Assembly: GCA_036522235.1 (NCBI GenBank)
Contig: DATDGG010000191.1
Span: forward strand, 5,466-69,465
Length of the DNA stretch: 64,000 nt
Direction: 5' to 3'
Origin: Xanthobacteraceae bacterium
GTDB lineage: Bacteria > Pseudomonadota > Alphaproteobacteria > Rhizobiales > Xanthobacteraceae
The notes under the pieces are model-generated. The model had not been told where the DNA came from. It did not search any database and saw nothing but the letters and a program-made list of their open reading frames with translations. How positions within the stretch are numbered: the stretch's first letter is position 1; every line of letters starts with the position of its first letter. Positions 7,864 to 16,728 of this stretch are shown here, one piece after another. A program made the translations under genes and the position numbers.

Positions 7864-10245
7864 ATGTCGCGTATCCTGCTGCAGGTCTGTGTCGCAGCGG
7901 CAATCTGCGATTCCTTGCTTGGTTGCGCGGTCAAGGACAACTACTCGTTTCCGGCTAGCGACATCGTCGACACCATCCGCAATGCCGACCTGGGCGCCCG
8001 GTCGCCTGCCGCCGAGCGTCCATCGGGCACCGCCAACCAGGCCGCCCGGCCTCTGCTCGTGCCCGGTGCCGACGCCGACGCTGCCGTGCCGGGATCGCGC
8101 CAAGCGGACGCGGCACCGCGCATCCAGGCGAGCGCTCCGGGCGTGGTCGCCAGCGCCGCCGGCATCGAGTTCAACTTCGAGGGCGCCGATATCGCGACCG
8201 TCGCCAAGTCGCTCATCGGTGATACGCTTGGCCTCGCCTTCGTGGTCGATCCGCGCGTGCAAGGCACCGTGACCTTTGCGTCGACCGGGCCCATCGCCCG
8301 CAAGGACGTGCTGCCGATTTTCGAAAGCATCCTGCGGATGTCGAGCGCGGCACTGGTGCGCGAGGCCAATCTCGTGAAGATCGTTCCGATACCGGAGGCC
8401 GCCGGTGCGGGCGCCATGAGCGCCGGCACCGGCCAGCCCGGATTCGGCGTGTCGGTCGTGCCGCTGCGTTACACCTCGGCCGCGTCGGTCGCGCGGATGG
8501 CGGAGAACTTCCTCTCCCGCCCGGGCGCCATTCGGGCCGATCAGGCGCGCAACCTGCTGCTGGTCCAGGGCACCAGCGTCGAGCGGCAATCGGCGCTCGA
8601 TGTGATCGCGACCTTCGACGTGGAATGGCTGCGCAACCAATCGGTCGGGGTCTATCCGCTGAAGTCGACCACGCCGGAGACCATGATTTCGGAGCTGGAG
8701 AAGCTGTTCCAGGCCGGCGAGAACGGGCAGGGCCAGGGCGCCGTCCAGTTCCAGGGCATCTCGCGCATGAATGCCGTGATGGTGGTGGCCAAGAGTGCGC
8801 GAACGCTCGATCGGGTGACGCAGTGGGTGCGGCGGCTCGACCGATCCGACACCACCGGCAATGCGTTGCGAACCTATAAACTACGCTACGGCAATGCGCA
8901 GCAGGTGGCCAAGATTCTGAGCGATATATTCGTCGGGCGGACCGGCACGAGCGCCGAGAGCCCGGCGGGTCAGCTGGCGCCGGGCGTCGCCTCCACGCAG
9001 TCGCGCCTCGATTCGCTCGGGAGCGGCAGCCTCGGCGCGAGCAACGCCAATGCGGGGGCTTCCGCGAGTGGCGCCAACCAGGGCGTCAGCGTTGGTGGAA
9101 ACACCGGTCGCGCCGGCGGTTCCGCGGCGGCCGATTTCGAAGGATTTGCCGGCCAGCGCGGCGGCGACAACGACAACGGCACCGCTGGCCTGCCGAGCGG
9201 AAGTATCGGCCGCGGTGTGTTCCAGAACGTGCGCATCACCGCCGACACCAGCGCGAATGCGATCGTGATCTATTCCAACCAGGAGGACTTCCGGGCGATC
9301 GAGCGCGCGTTGCGCGATATCGACCGGCCGCGCCTGCAGGTCGCGATCGACGCTACGGTCGCCGAGGTGACGCTCACGGATCAGCTGCAATATGGGGTGC
9401 AGCATTTCTTCACCAGCGCCGATGTCGGCATGGCGGGCGACAAGGGTTCGGTCGGGATGTTCCCGGCGGCGGCGCCGACGACCACGTCATCGGCCACCTC
9501 GACCTCCACTGCGGCGGCGGTTGCGCAGACGGTTCAAGCCGCATTCCTGCAGCGGGTCCTGCCCGGCTTCAACCTGCTGCTCGGGCCGGAGGCGCAGCCG
9601 CGGGTGATCCTTTCGGCGCTTTCCACCATCACCGACGTGAAGGTGTTGTCCTCGCCCTCTTTGGTCGTGATCGACAATCAGCCGGCCGCGCTCGAGGTCG
9701 GCAATCAGATTCCGGTCACCACCAGCACCGCGACCCTGCTGTCCAACTCGAACACGCCGGTCGTCAACACGATCGAGATGCGCAGTACCGGCGTCATTTT
9801 GAAGGTGCTTCCCCGCGTTCATGCCAACGGCCTGGTCCAGCTCGAGATCGAGCAGGAGATTTCCAACGTCGTCAATCCGAACCAGCAGACCTTGACGCCC
9901 ACGATCTCGCAACGGCGCATCCACTCGACCGTGGCGGTGACGAGCGGCCAGACCGTGCTGCTCGGCGGCCTGATCAGCGAGCAGCAGGACAATTCCAAGG
10001 ACGGGATCCCGGGCCTCAACCAGATCAAGTATCTCGGCGACCTCCTGGGCAACACGTCCAGGAGCCGGCAGCGGTCCGAGATCATCGTGTTCATCAGGCC
10101 GCAGGTGGTTCGCGACGGCGTCGATCAACAGGCCGTCACCCAGGAGTTCCGCGAGCGGCTGGAATCCATGCGTGCCCCCAGGGAGTTCATCGAAGGCAAG
10201 GATGCTTCGCCCGTGCCGCGGCCAGCCGCCGGCCGCAGGAACTGA
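7864..10245 (+). CDS. gspD: Secretin GspD, predicted lipoprotein form
   Basis: N0-N3-like domains (IEFNFEGADIATVAKSLIG...). C-terminal secretin core (VLSSPSLVVIDNQPAALEVGNQIPV...GIPGLNQIKYLGDLLG). N-terminus MSRILLQVCVAAAICDSLLG|C is a lipobox. Confidence 0.93.
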   Translation: MSRILLQVCVAAAICDSLLGCAVKDNYSFPASDIVDTIRNADLGARSPAAERPSGTANQAARPLLVPGADADAAVPGSRQADAAPRIQASAPGVVASAAGIEFNFEGADIATVAKSLIGDTLGLAFVVDPRVQGTVTFASTGPIARKDVLPIFESILRMSSAALVREANLVKIVPIPEAAGAGAMSAGTGQPGFGVSVVPLRYTSAASVARMAENFLSRPGAIRADQARNLLLVQGTSVERQSALDVIATFDVEWLRNQSVGVYPLKSTTPETMISELEKLFQAGENGQGQGAVQFQGISRMNAVMVVAKSARTLDRVTQWVRRLDRSDTTGNALRTYKLRYGNAQQVAKILSDIFVGRTGTSAESPAGQLAPGVASTQSRLDSLGSGSLGASNANAGASASGANQGVSVGGNTGRAGGSAAADFEGFAGQRGGDNDNGTAGLPSGSIGRGVFQNVRITADTSANAIVIYSNQEDFRAIERALRDIDRPRLQVAIDATVAEVTLTDQLQYGVQHFFTSADVGMAGDKGSVGMFPAAAPTTTSSATSTSTAAAVAQTVQAAFLQRVLPGFNLLLGPEAQPRVILSALSTITDVKVLSSPSLVVIDNQPAALEVGNQIPVTTSTATLLSNSNTPVVNTIEMRSTGVILKVLPRVHANGLVQLEIEQEISNVVNPNQQTLTPTISQRRIHSTVAVTSGQTVLLGGLISEQQDNSKDGIPGLNQIKYLGDLLGNTSRSRQRSEIIVFIRPQVVRDGVDQQAVTQEFRERLESMRAPREFIEGKDASPVPRPAAGRRN

Positions 10246-10252
10246 GGCGCCG

Positions 10253-10816
10253 GTGTCGGAGGCGGACCTTCGTCCCGCCCCGCGGGTTCTGCTCGCCGGC
10301 ATCGCCGCGGTGGCGGTCGTTTCGTTTGCGTCATTGGCCTTTCCGGCGGCGCTGGCCTCGACGCTGCTCGGGGCATTGATGATCGCCGGCGCCGAGGTGG
10401 ACGCGCGCACGTTCCTCTTGCCCGACACCGTGACCATCGGTGCGCTTGCCACCGGCATTGCGGCCGCGGCCGCGCTCGATCCATTCGACCCCGGATGGAG
10501 CGCGGGGGCGGCGGCGCTGCGCGCGGCGGGGGCGGCGGCCGTCCTGTTGTCGGTGCGGTGGGGCTATGCCCGGCTGCGCCACCGCGAAGGCCTCGGCATC
10601 GGCGACGTCAAGCTCGCCGCCGGTATTGGGGCATGGCTCCCGCTCGATGCCATCCCGGTTTGCTTTGCGCTCGCGGCGAGCGCCGCGCTGATCCTGGTGC
10701 TGGTGGCCCATGTCCGCGGCCGCCCGCTGGAGGCCGCCACCAAGCTTCCGTTCGGCGCCTTCCTCTGCCCGGCGCTGTGGCTGGTGTTCTATGCCGGCGT
10801 CTTTCCCTCCGCCTGA
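10253..10816 (+). CDS. gspO: Prepilin peptidase (A24 family), short form
   Basis: GTG at 10253, just after the gspD stop. Two aspartyl motifs (AEVDARTFLLPD and GLGIGDVKLAAG). Multi-TM. No N-terminal Cys-rich/methyltransferase domain is present. Confidence 0.8.
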   Translation: MSEADLRPAPRVLLAGIAAVAVVSFASLAFPAALASTLLGALMIAGAEVDARTFLLPDTVTIGALATGIAAAAALDPFDPGWSAGAAALRAAGAAAVLLSVRWGYARLRHREGLGIGDVKLAAGIGAWLPLDAIPVCFALAASAALILVLVAHVRGRPLEAATKLPFGAFLCPALWLVFYAGVFPSA

Positions 10817-10836
10817 AAGGGGGAGGGAAGAGAGGA

Positions 10837-11964
10837 TCAATACAGCACCACGCTGCGGATGCTCTTGCCGGCATGCATCAGGTCGAAGGCCTTGTTGATG
10901 TCGGCAAGCGGCATGGTGTGGGTGATCATCGGGTCGATCTCGATCTTGCCCTGCATGTACCAGTCGACGATCTTGGGCACGTCGGTGCGGCCACGCGCGC
11001 CCCCGAAGGCGGTGCCGCGCCAGACGCGGCCGGTGACGAGCTGGAACGGGCGGGTGGCGATCTCCTGGCCGGCGCCTGCCACCCCGATGATGATGCTCTC
11101 GCCCCAGCCGCGGTGGCAGGCTTCGAGCGCCTGGCGCATCACCGTCACATTGCCGGTGCAGTCGAACGTGTAGTCGGCGCCGCCGATCTGGTCGGCGCCA
11201 CGCTTGGTCATGTCGACCAGGTAGGGGACGAGATCGCCCCCGACCTCCTTGGGGTTGACGAAATGGGTCATCCCGAAGCGCTCGCCCCAGCTCTTGCGCT
11301 CGGGATTGATGTCGACCCCGATGATCATGTCGGCGCCGGCGAGCCGCAGCCCCTGGATGACATTGAGGCCGATGCCACCGAGGCCGAACACGATGCAATT
11401 GGCCCCGGCCTCGACCTTGGCGGTGTTGAGGACCGCGCCGATGCCGGTGGTGACCCCGCAGCCGATATAGCAGACCTTGTCGAACGGCGCGTCGGGACGG
11501 ATTTTCGCGACCGCGATCTCGGGCAGGACCGTGAAATTGGCGAAGGTCGAGCAGCCCATATAGTGGTGCAGCGTCTTGCCGCCGAGCGAAAAGCGCGAGC
11601 TGCCGTCGGGCATCAGGCCCTTGCCCTGGGTGGCGCGGATCGCCGTGCACAAGTTGGTCTTGTGCGACAGGCAGGAGGGGCACTGCCGGCACTCGGGCGC
11701 GTAGAGCGGGATGACATGGTCGCCGGCTTGCACCGACGTGACGCCGGCGCCGACCTCGGCCACGATGCCGGCGCCCTCATGCCCCAGGATGGTCGGGAAC
11801 AGGCCTTCCGGGTCCGCGCCCGAGAGCGTGAACTCGTCGGTATGGCAGATGCCGGTGGCCTTGATCTCCACCAGGACTTCGCCGGCCCTGGGGCCGTCGA
11901 GCTTGACGGTCTCCACCTGAAGCGGCTTGCCCGCCTCGAACGCCACTGCCGCACGCACATCCAT
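10837..11964 (-). CDS. frmA: S-(hydroxymethyl)glutathione dehydrogenase / class III alcohol dehydrogenase
   Basis: 375 aa. [16 protein letters not shown] and [12 protein letters not shown] motifs, with end-to-end resemblance to AdhC/FlhA. Confidence 0.95.
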   Translation of the reverse strand: MDVRAAVAFEAGKPLQVETVKLDGPRAGEVLVEIKATGICHTDEFTLSGADPEGLFPTILGHEGAGIVAEVGAGVTSVQAGDHVIPLYAPECRQCPSCLSHKTNLCTAIRATQGKGLMPDGSSRFSLGGKTLHHYMGCSTFANFTVLPEIAVAKIRPDAPFDKVCYIGCGVTTGIGAVLNTAKVEAGANCIVFGLGGIGLNVIQGLRLAGADMIIGVDINPERKSWGERFGMTHFVNPKEVGGDLVPYLVDMTKRGADQIGGADYTFDCTGNVTVMRQALEACHRGWGESIIIGVAGAGQEIATRPFQLVTGRVWRGTAFGGARGRTDVPKIVDWYMQGKIEIDPMITHTMPLADINKAFDLMHAGKSIRSVVLY

Positions 11965-12064
11965 CGCCGCCCTCCCATCATGGTCGCAATGCCACCCGCA
12001 TGATATTGTGCGATCAAATACGCGGTGTGAATAGCTTGTAAACCGCTGCCCGGGGAGGTTTCGG

Positions 12065-12244
12065 ATGAATGCGTTCCGTTCGACGCTGGTATTGCGCTTG
12101 GCGCTCGCGGCGGGCGCGATCTTGATGGGTAGCCATGGGTTTCGGAGCCGGCGTGATCGGGGGAACCTCTATTTCGCGGGCGGCTCGACCAAGCCGGGCG
12201 GCAGCGGGCTGACCGACCGACGGCTGATGTTCACGCTGCCCTGA
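12065..12244 (+). CDS. Hypothetical small protein (59 aa, below ORF-track cut-off)
   Basis: ATG at 12065 preceded by GGGGAGG with 6-nt spacing. Hydrophobic N-terminus [22 protein letters not shown]. No family recognised. Confidence 0.25.
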   Translation: MNAFRSTLVLRLALAAGAILMGSHGFRSRRDRGNLYFAGGSTKPGGSGLTDRRLMFTLP

Positions 12245-12302
12245 GACCGCGCGTCACGACCGCTGTACGGGGCAATTTTGCGCACCCTACGCCTTCGCTG
12301 CC

Positions 12303-12695
12303 CTAGGTTTGCGCCGGCAGCACGATCTGCGTCTGCGTCACGATGGCGGCGAGCCTGCCGTCGCTGCGGGTGATGTTGGTCTGCAGCACGATGGTGGTGC
12401 GCCCGCTATGCAGCGGCGTGCAGACCGCGCGGGCGGAATCGCCTTTGGGGATGGGCGCGAAGAAATTGGTCTTGCTCTCGATGGTGGCGGTACGCTGGCC
12501 GTCGGCGAGCGCCGCGCTCGCCGTCATGCCGCCGAGCGTGTCGCCCCAGGCCATCACGGCGCCGCCATGCATGACGCCGCGGCGGTTGCAGAGATCCTCG
12601 CGGATGAAAAGCTCGGATTCGGTGCGCTCCGCGCTCCGGCTGATGACTTTCAACCCCATCAGCCGAACAAACGGAGAAGGTTCCCATTGATCCAT
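12303..12695 (-). CDS. PaaI/hotdog-fold thioesterase
   Basis: NRRGVMHGGAVMAWGDTLGG motif typical of PaaI-type thioesterases. ATG at 12695 has a GAGGA SD; the ORF could extend to 12728. Confidence 0.8.
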   Translation of the reverse strand: MDQWEPSPFVRLMGLKVISRSAERTESELFIREDLCNRRGVMHGGAVMAWGDTLGGMTASAALADGQRTATIESKTNFFAPIPKGDSARAVCTPLHSGRTTIVLQTNITRSDGRLAAIVTQTQIVLPAQT

Positions 12696-12824
12696 TCTGT
12701 CCTCGTTTCGTTGTCGCGCGCCCGTCATAGCATGGACAAAAATCGATCGTCAGCCGTGCGCTTGCGAACACGCGGCCCTTCCAAATCGGCGGCAAGCCTG
12801 TATGTTGACCCCGTGACGGCCTTT

Positions 12825-12901
12825 GCGCTCGTAGCTCAGCTGGATAGAGCATCAGACTTCGAATCTGAGGGTCGGGAGTTCGAATCTCTCCGAGCGCGCC
12901 A
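12825..12901 (+). tRNA. tRNA-Arg (anticodon TCG)
   Basis: Hand-folded cloverleaf. Acceptor GCGCTCG/CGAGCGC, D arm GCTC..GAGC, anticodon arm TCAGA-CTTCGAA-TCTGA, T arm GGGAG-TTCGAAT-CTCTC, encoded CCA. Confidence 0.93.
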
Positions 12902-12942
12902 CCTAACCATTGTCGGTCCTTTTCAGGCCTTGCAAAAGGCAG

Positions 12943-12991
12943 CCCAGACTAAAAAATCCATTTGGTCTGGGGTTTAGTCTGGGGAAGTTTT
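12943..12991 (+). terminator. Hairpin plus T-run downstream of tRNA-Arg
   Basis: CCCAGACTA ... TAGTCTGGG(G) stem followed by AAGTTTT. Confidence 0.5.
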
Positions 12992-13245
12992 CCGGAAGCT
13001 GCGCTCGCACCGTATGGAGCGCGATCGAACGCGCGATGCTTTTCCCAGACACGATCGGCGTACGTTCGATTCGGTGAAGAAAAGAAAAATGACACGGTTC
13101 AGTGGAGGTATCAGCTCCGCATCGGCTTGATGAAGAAGAAGTTCAGCATCTGCAGTTTGATCACACGAAAAACCTGCGATAACGGGTGATGAACAGCGGT
13201 TCCACGCCAAACACCCGAGGTGGAAGCCGTATGCAGGATTGCGGT

Positions 13246-14265
13246 TCACAAGCTGACTGAGCTTACCTCTGGGGCGAGTCGATGATCCGCCCTGGGAAAG
13301 CTGTGTCGCAGCTCCGATGGAGCCGCACCAAAGCGGCGGCGGAAGGTACGATTGAAATAGGATAGATCGCCGAATCCGGCCGCAAATGCGATAGCGCTGA
13401 CATTCAAGCCGGCAAAACGAGGGTCGAAGAGCATTCGATGCGTGCGCGTCAGGCGCTGGCCGAGCACGAACTCCGAGAATGTGATTCCTTCCGTCTCGAA
13501 CAGCATATGAATGTAGCGCGGCGTGACATGCTGGCGAAGCGCTACTGCGGTCACCGTCACGCTTGGACTGCTGAGATTTTCCAGAATATCGGCCTTGATC
13601 GCTCTCAGCCGTGCCGCCCGCACGCCACGGCGGTTCGCAATCGCCGCGCCGTCGCGCGTGGCACCAAGCGCCATCGCGATGAGGTCATGCATGTGAGTCA
13701 CGCCACAATGCCGCAGCTCGGCTGTCATCAGGGCAGCGTCGTCCCGCATGATTTCCAGGTATTTCATGAGAAGCCGCAGCGCTTCATTGTCCCGCGGAAT
13801 GAGCCGCATCGCCGCACGCTCGACATCGCCCACCAGCGGGACAAGCGCGACGCGCGGGACAATGAGACCGACATAGTCGCCTTGCGACGTTGTCATCCTG
13901 GCGGGTTCGGCGTGGAGCAGCCCAACGGCGTCGCCCATCCCGAGCGGCAGATCGTCGCCGAGCTGCGACACGGCCAAGAGGCCATGTTGCTTCATGAGAA
14001 GACTGAACGAATCGTCCCCCTTGGCGACCATCTCCGGCGTGCGCTGCAAACGCTGCGGCGTGGACGTCCCGGCCCACATCGCGCGCAGCCCCGGCCACTC
14101 GTGGAATGTTGCCTCGGCACGAAACGGAAGCTCCGATTCGGCCTCGATGTCGCAAAGCACGACCTTGCGAGCGAAAAACTCGCGCCAGAAGGGAAGCCGA
14201 TCGCGCTCTGGGAGATTGCTCGTAGAGTACCGTAGCGGTGCGAGGTCCGTCGCTGGCGGGCGCAT
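13246..14265 (-). CDS. AraC-family transcriptional regulator
   Basis: C-terminal double HTH (VTPRYIHMLFETEGITFSEFVLGQRL...GFGDLSYFNRTFRRRFGAAPSELR). Confidence 0.9.
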   Translation of the reverse strand: MRPPATDLAPLRYSTSNLPERDRLPFWREFFARKVVLCDIEAESELPFRAEATFHEWPGLRAMWAGTSTPQRLQRTPEMVAKGDDSFSLLMKQHGLLAVSQLGDDLPLGMGDAVGLLHAEPARMTTSQGDYVGLIVPRVALVPLVGDVERAAMRLIPRDNEALRLLMKYLEIMRDDAALMTAELRHCGVTHMHDLIAMALGATRDGAAIANRRGVRAARLRAIKADILENLSSPSVTVTAVALRQHVTPRYIHMLFETEGITFSEFVLGQRLTRTHRMLFDPRFAGLNVSAIAFAAGFGDLSYFNRTFRRRFGAAPSELRHSFPRADHRLAPEVSSVSL

Positions 14266-14615
14266 GAAGCCCAGCTCCTGCTACTCACAGCCCCAGCGTA
14301 ACCCCCATCAGAATACCACGGATGAAATTCTACAATTTTCTCGGCAGTCTCGGAACGCGACATATTTTCCCTCCAGGCCGAGCCGTCCTTCGCTCCTGTC
14401 CAAGCTCCGCGGGCCCCAAGATGCTAGATTTAAAAGCAGAACTAGGCACGCTGGCGGCATCGCGGACGCCGAAGGTCTGCAGAAGCCAGCCTTGACGAAG
14501 GCAAGACAACAACAAGAGCAAAAACACCGCCTCTCAAGTGCAAGCAGGTCGCCTCTCCAAGTCCGCGGCAGTTCCTAGCATCAGCCTAATGCCATGCTTG
14601 ATCCAGGAGGAACCA

Positions 14616-15182
14616 ATGAAGCCCATGAACGCGAGCAGAATCGCGGGACGCGCCGCAGCGATGACATTTGTCAAAGTAGCACTTCTGTCCGGGGTGCTCG
14701 TGACCTTTGCCCCCGGGGCTGTCCTAGGAGACCCGATTGATAAGAAGGGGACCACGCCCTATGTCACGCACTTCATTTTTCGGCCCTTGATGAACATTGA
14801 CATTCCCGGCCTCGGTACGGCCACTCCGCTGGAGGCGGTCGGGACTACCCAGAATATGAAGGGAGAGAAGATGCTCGACAAGATGTCAGCACATTGCGCA
14901 GCGCTGAGCGTAGCGTCGGGCAGCAAGAAATACATTGACGGCGCCTGCGTGCTCGCCGATAGCGACGGCGACAAAATCTTTTCGACCTTCGATACTCGCG
15001 ACCTCGATAAGTCGCAGCCGAAAATGGATTGTGGCACGCATATCATCACGGGCGGCACCGGCAAGTACGCGGGAATTACCGGCAGTGAGCCATTTGCTTG
15101 CATAACGATGCCTGCGCTGGCTGGTCCCGGCAGCTATACCGCGATGGACATTCCGCATAACACGACGTGGGAGATCAAATAG
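14616..15182 (+). CDS. Hypothetical secreted protein
   Basis: AGGAGG SD before the ATG at 14616. Sec signal MKPMNASRIAGRAAAMTFVKVALLSGVLVTFAPGAVLG. GGTGKYAGITG motif. Gene looks less GC-rich than its neighbours. Confidence 0.6.
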   Translation: MKPMNASRIAGRAAAMTFVKVALLSGVLVTFAPGAVLGDPIDKKGTTPYVTHFIFRPLMNIDIPGLGTATPLEAVGTTQNMKGEKMLDKMSAHCAALSVASGSKKYIDGACVLADSDGDKIFSTFDTRDLDKSQPKMDCGTHIITGGTGKYAGITGSEPFACITMPALAGPGSYTAMDIPHNTTWEIK

Positions 15183-15531
15183 ACCGTGATGTCGCTGTTG
15201 CAAGCCCCGGGCGCCAAGGCCCGGCTCCAACGAAATTGAATGATGGTCCCGCAGGCCGTCGCAGTCTTGACGACGAGAGCGCGCAACGGGCTCCACCATC
15301 ATACGGCCACGGCAACGCAATGGCGCCGATCTTTATTGACCGTGGGGCGCCCAACATTCGCCGGAGCATGCAGCGGTCTCCGGCCTTCCGTTCACGACTA
15401 TCGTTCGCCGCTGCATCCTCATGCAGCTTCGAGCCACCGCCCCCTTGATCGAACCGAGGCGGGTTCCGCTCTGCTGGACCGGGACTGGCCAGTCTTGCGG
15501 CAGCAAGGGCGGTGCAAACGGGAGGTATATC

Positions 15532-16674
15532 ATGTCAATCGACCAGTGCGATTCATTGGATCGGCGCGATGTCCTGTGCAGGGGCGGCGCCGGTATGTTC
15601 AGCGCGATTGTGGCAACCCTGATCGGCGACGCGAAGCCGGTACGCGCTGACGCGATCTCGGGATCGGTTCCCGAGATCGACCGCGTGGCTGTACGTGTGG
15701 TGGTCGATAGCTATCAATTCGCGGTCGCGCCCAGCCGGAAGGTCACCAATGTGGATATCGAGCACTTCGGCTGGGGTATCGGCAACGACAAGCCGCCCGG
15801 CAAGACGCTGATCAGCGAATTCGGTCTGTCGATGCACGTCGAGTCGCGGCGCGGCACCGAGACACGAAATATCCTGATTGATTTCGGCTTCACGCCGGAC
15901 GCGCTGATCAACAATTCAAATCTCGTGGGGATCGATCCAGCCGGACTTGACGCCCTCGTTTTGAGTCACGGCCACTACGATCATTTTGGCGGTCTCGCCG
16001 GCTTCTTGCAGCAGAACAACAGCAAGCTGAAAGCCAAGCTGCCGATTTATATCGGCGGGGAGGAGGCGTTCTGCTCGCGCGAGTGGACGGCGCCGCCGGT
16101 GCGCGGCGACTTCGGCGCCCTGGATCGCAAAGCGCTGCAGAACGCCAATCTTACGGTGAAATATGCGGAAGGACCGGCGCTCGTCGCCGATCACGGTTTC
16201 ACCACAGGTCAAATCGGCCAGGCAAGCTTTGAGAAGCTGCTATCTCCCAGCGCCATGAGGATCGGCGTGGACCACGGGATGGGCTGCTATGCGGAGCGGC
16301 TTCCGGACGACACGCGGACGAAGGCGATCATCCCGGATCAGTTTCGGCATGAGATTGCCACCGCGTTCAACCTAAAGGCACGTGGGCTGATCGTTCTGAC
16401 TTCCTGCAGCCATCGCGGAGTGATCAACGCAATCAAGCAGGCCCAAGCGTCGTCGGGCGTCAAGAAAGTTCACGCTGTTATCGGCGGCTTCCACCTCGCG
16501 CCTTATAGTGAGGACTATGTGCGCGAGACGATCAGGGCGCTCAAGGACATCGATATCGACTACGTCATCCCGCTGCACTGCACCGGTGAGCCGTTTTACG
16601 ACATGGCCAAGGCCGAGATGCCGAGCAAGCTGCTGCGCTCCTACACGGGGACGCGCTTCGTCTTCGGTGCCTGA
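15532..16674 (+). CDS. MBL-fold metallo-hydrolase with twin-arginine signal
   Basis: GGGAGG SD. N-terminus MSIDQCDSLDRRDVLCRGGAGMFSAIVATLIG is Tat-like. HxHxDH motif LSHGHYDHFGG. Confidence 0.85.
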   Translation: MSIDQCDSLDRRDVLCRGGAGMFSAIVATLIGDAKPVRADAISGSVPEIDRVAVRVVVDSYQFAVAPSRKVTNVDIEHFGWGIGNDKPPGKTLISEFGLSMHVESRRGTETRNILIDFGFTPDALINNSNLVGIDPAGLDALVLSHGHYDHFGGLAGFLQQNNSKLKAKLPIYIGGEEAFCSREWTAPPVRGDFGALDRKALQNANLTVKYAEGPALVADHGFTTGQIGQASFEKLLSPSAMRIGVDHGMGCYAERLPDDTRTKAIIPDQFRHEIATAFNLKARGLIVLTSCSHRGVINAIKQAQASSGVKKVHAVIGGFHLAPYSEDYVRETIRALKDIDIDYVIPLHCTGEPFYDMAKAEMPSKLLRSYTGTRFVFGA

Positions 16675-16728
16675 GCGGGCAGGGATCGGGCGCATTGACT
16701 AGGCGCGAAAAGCCGCGATGCAGAGATG

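Noticed and set aside
12902-13245. Looked for an integrase, transposase or phage remnant immediately downstream of tRNA-Arg.
   Set aside because: Only short ORFs without motifs are present (12962-13189, 12974-13249). Nothing resembles a tyrosine recombinase or DDE transposase.
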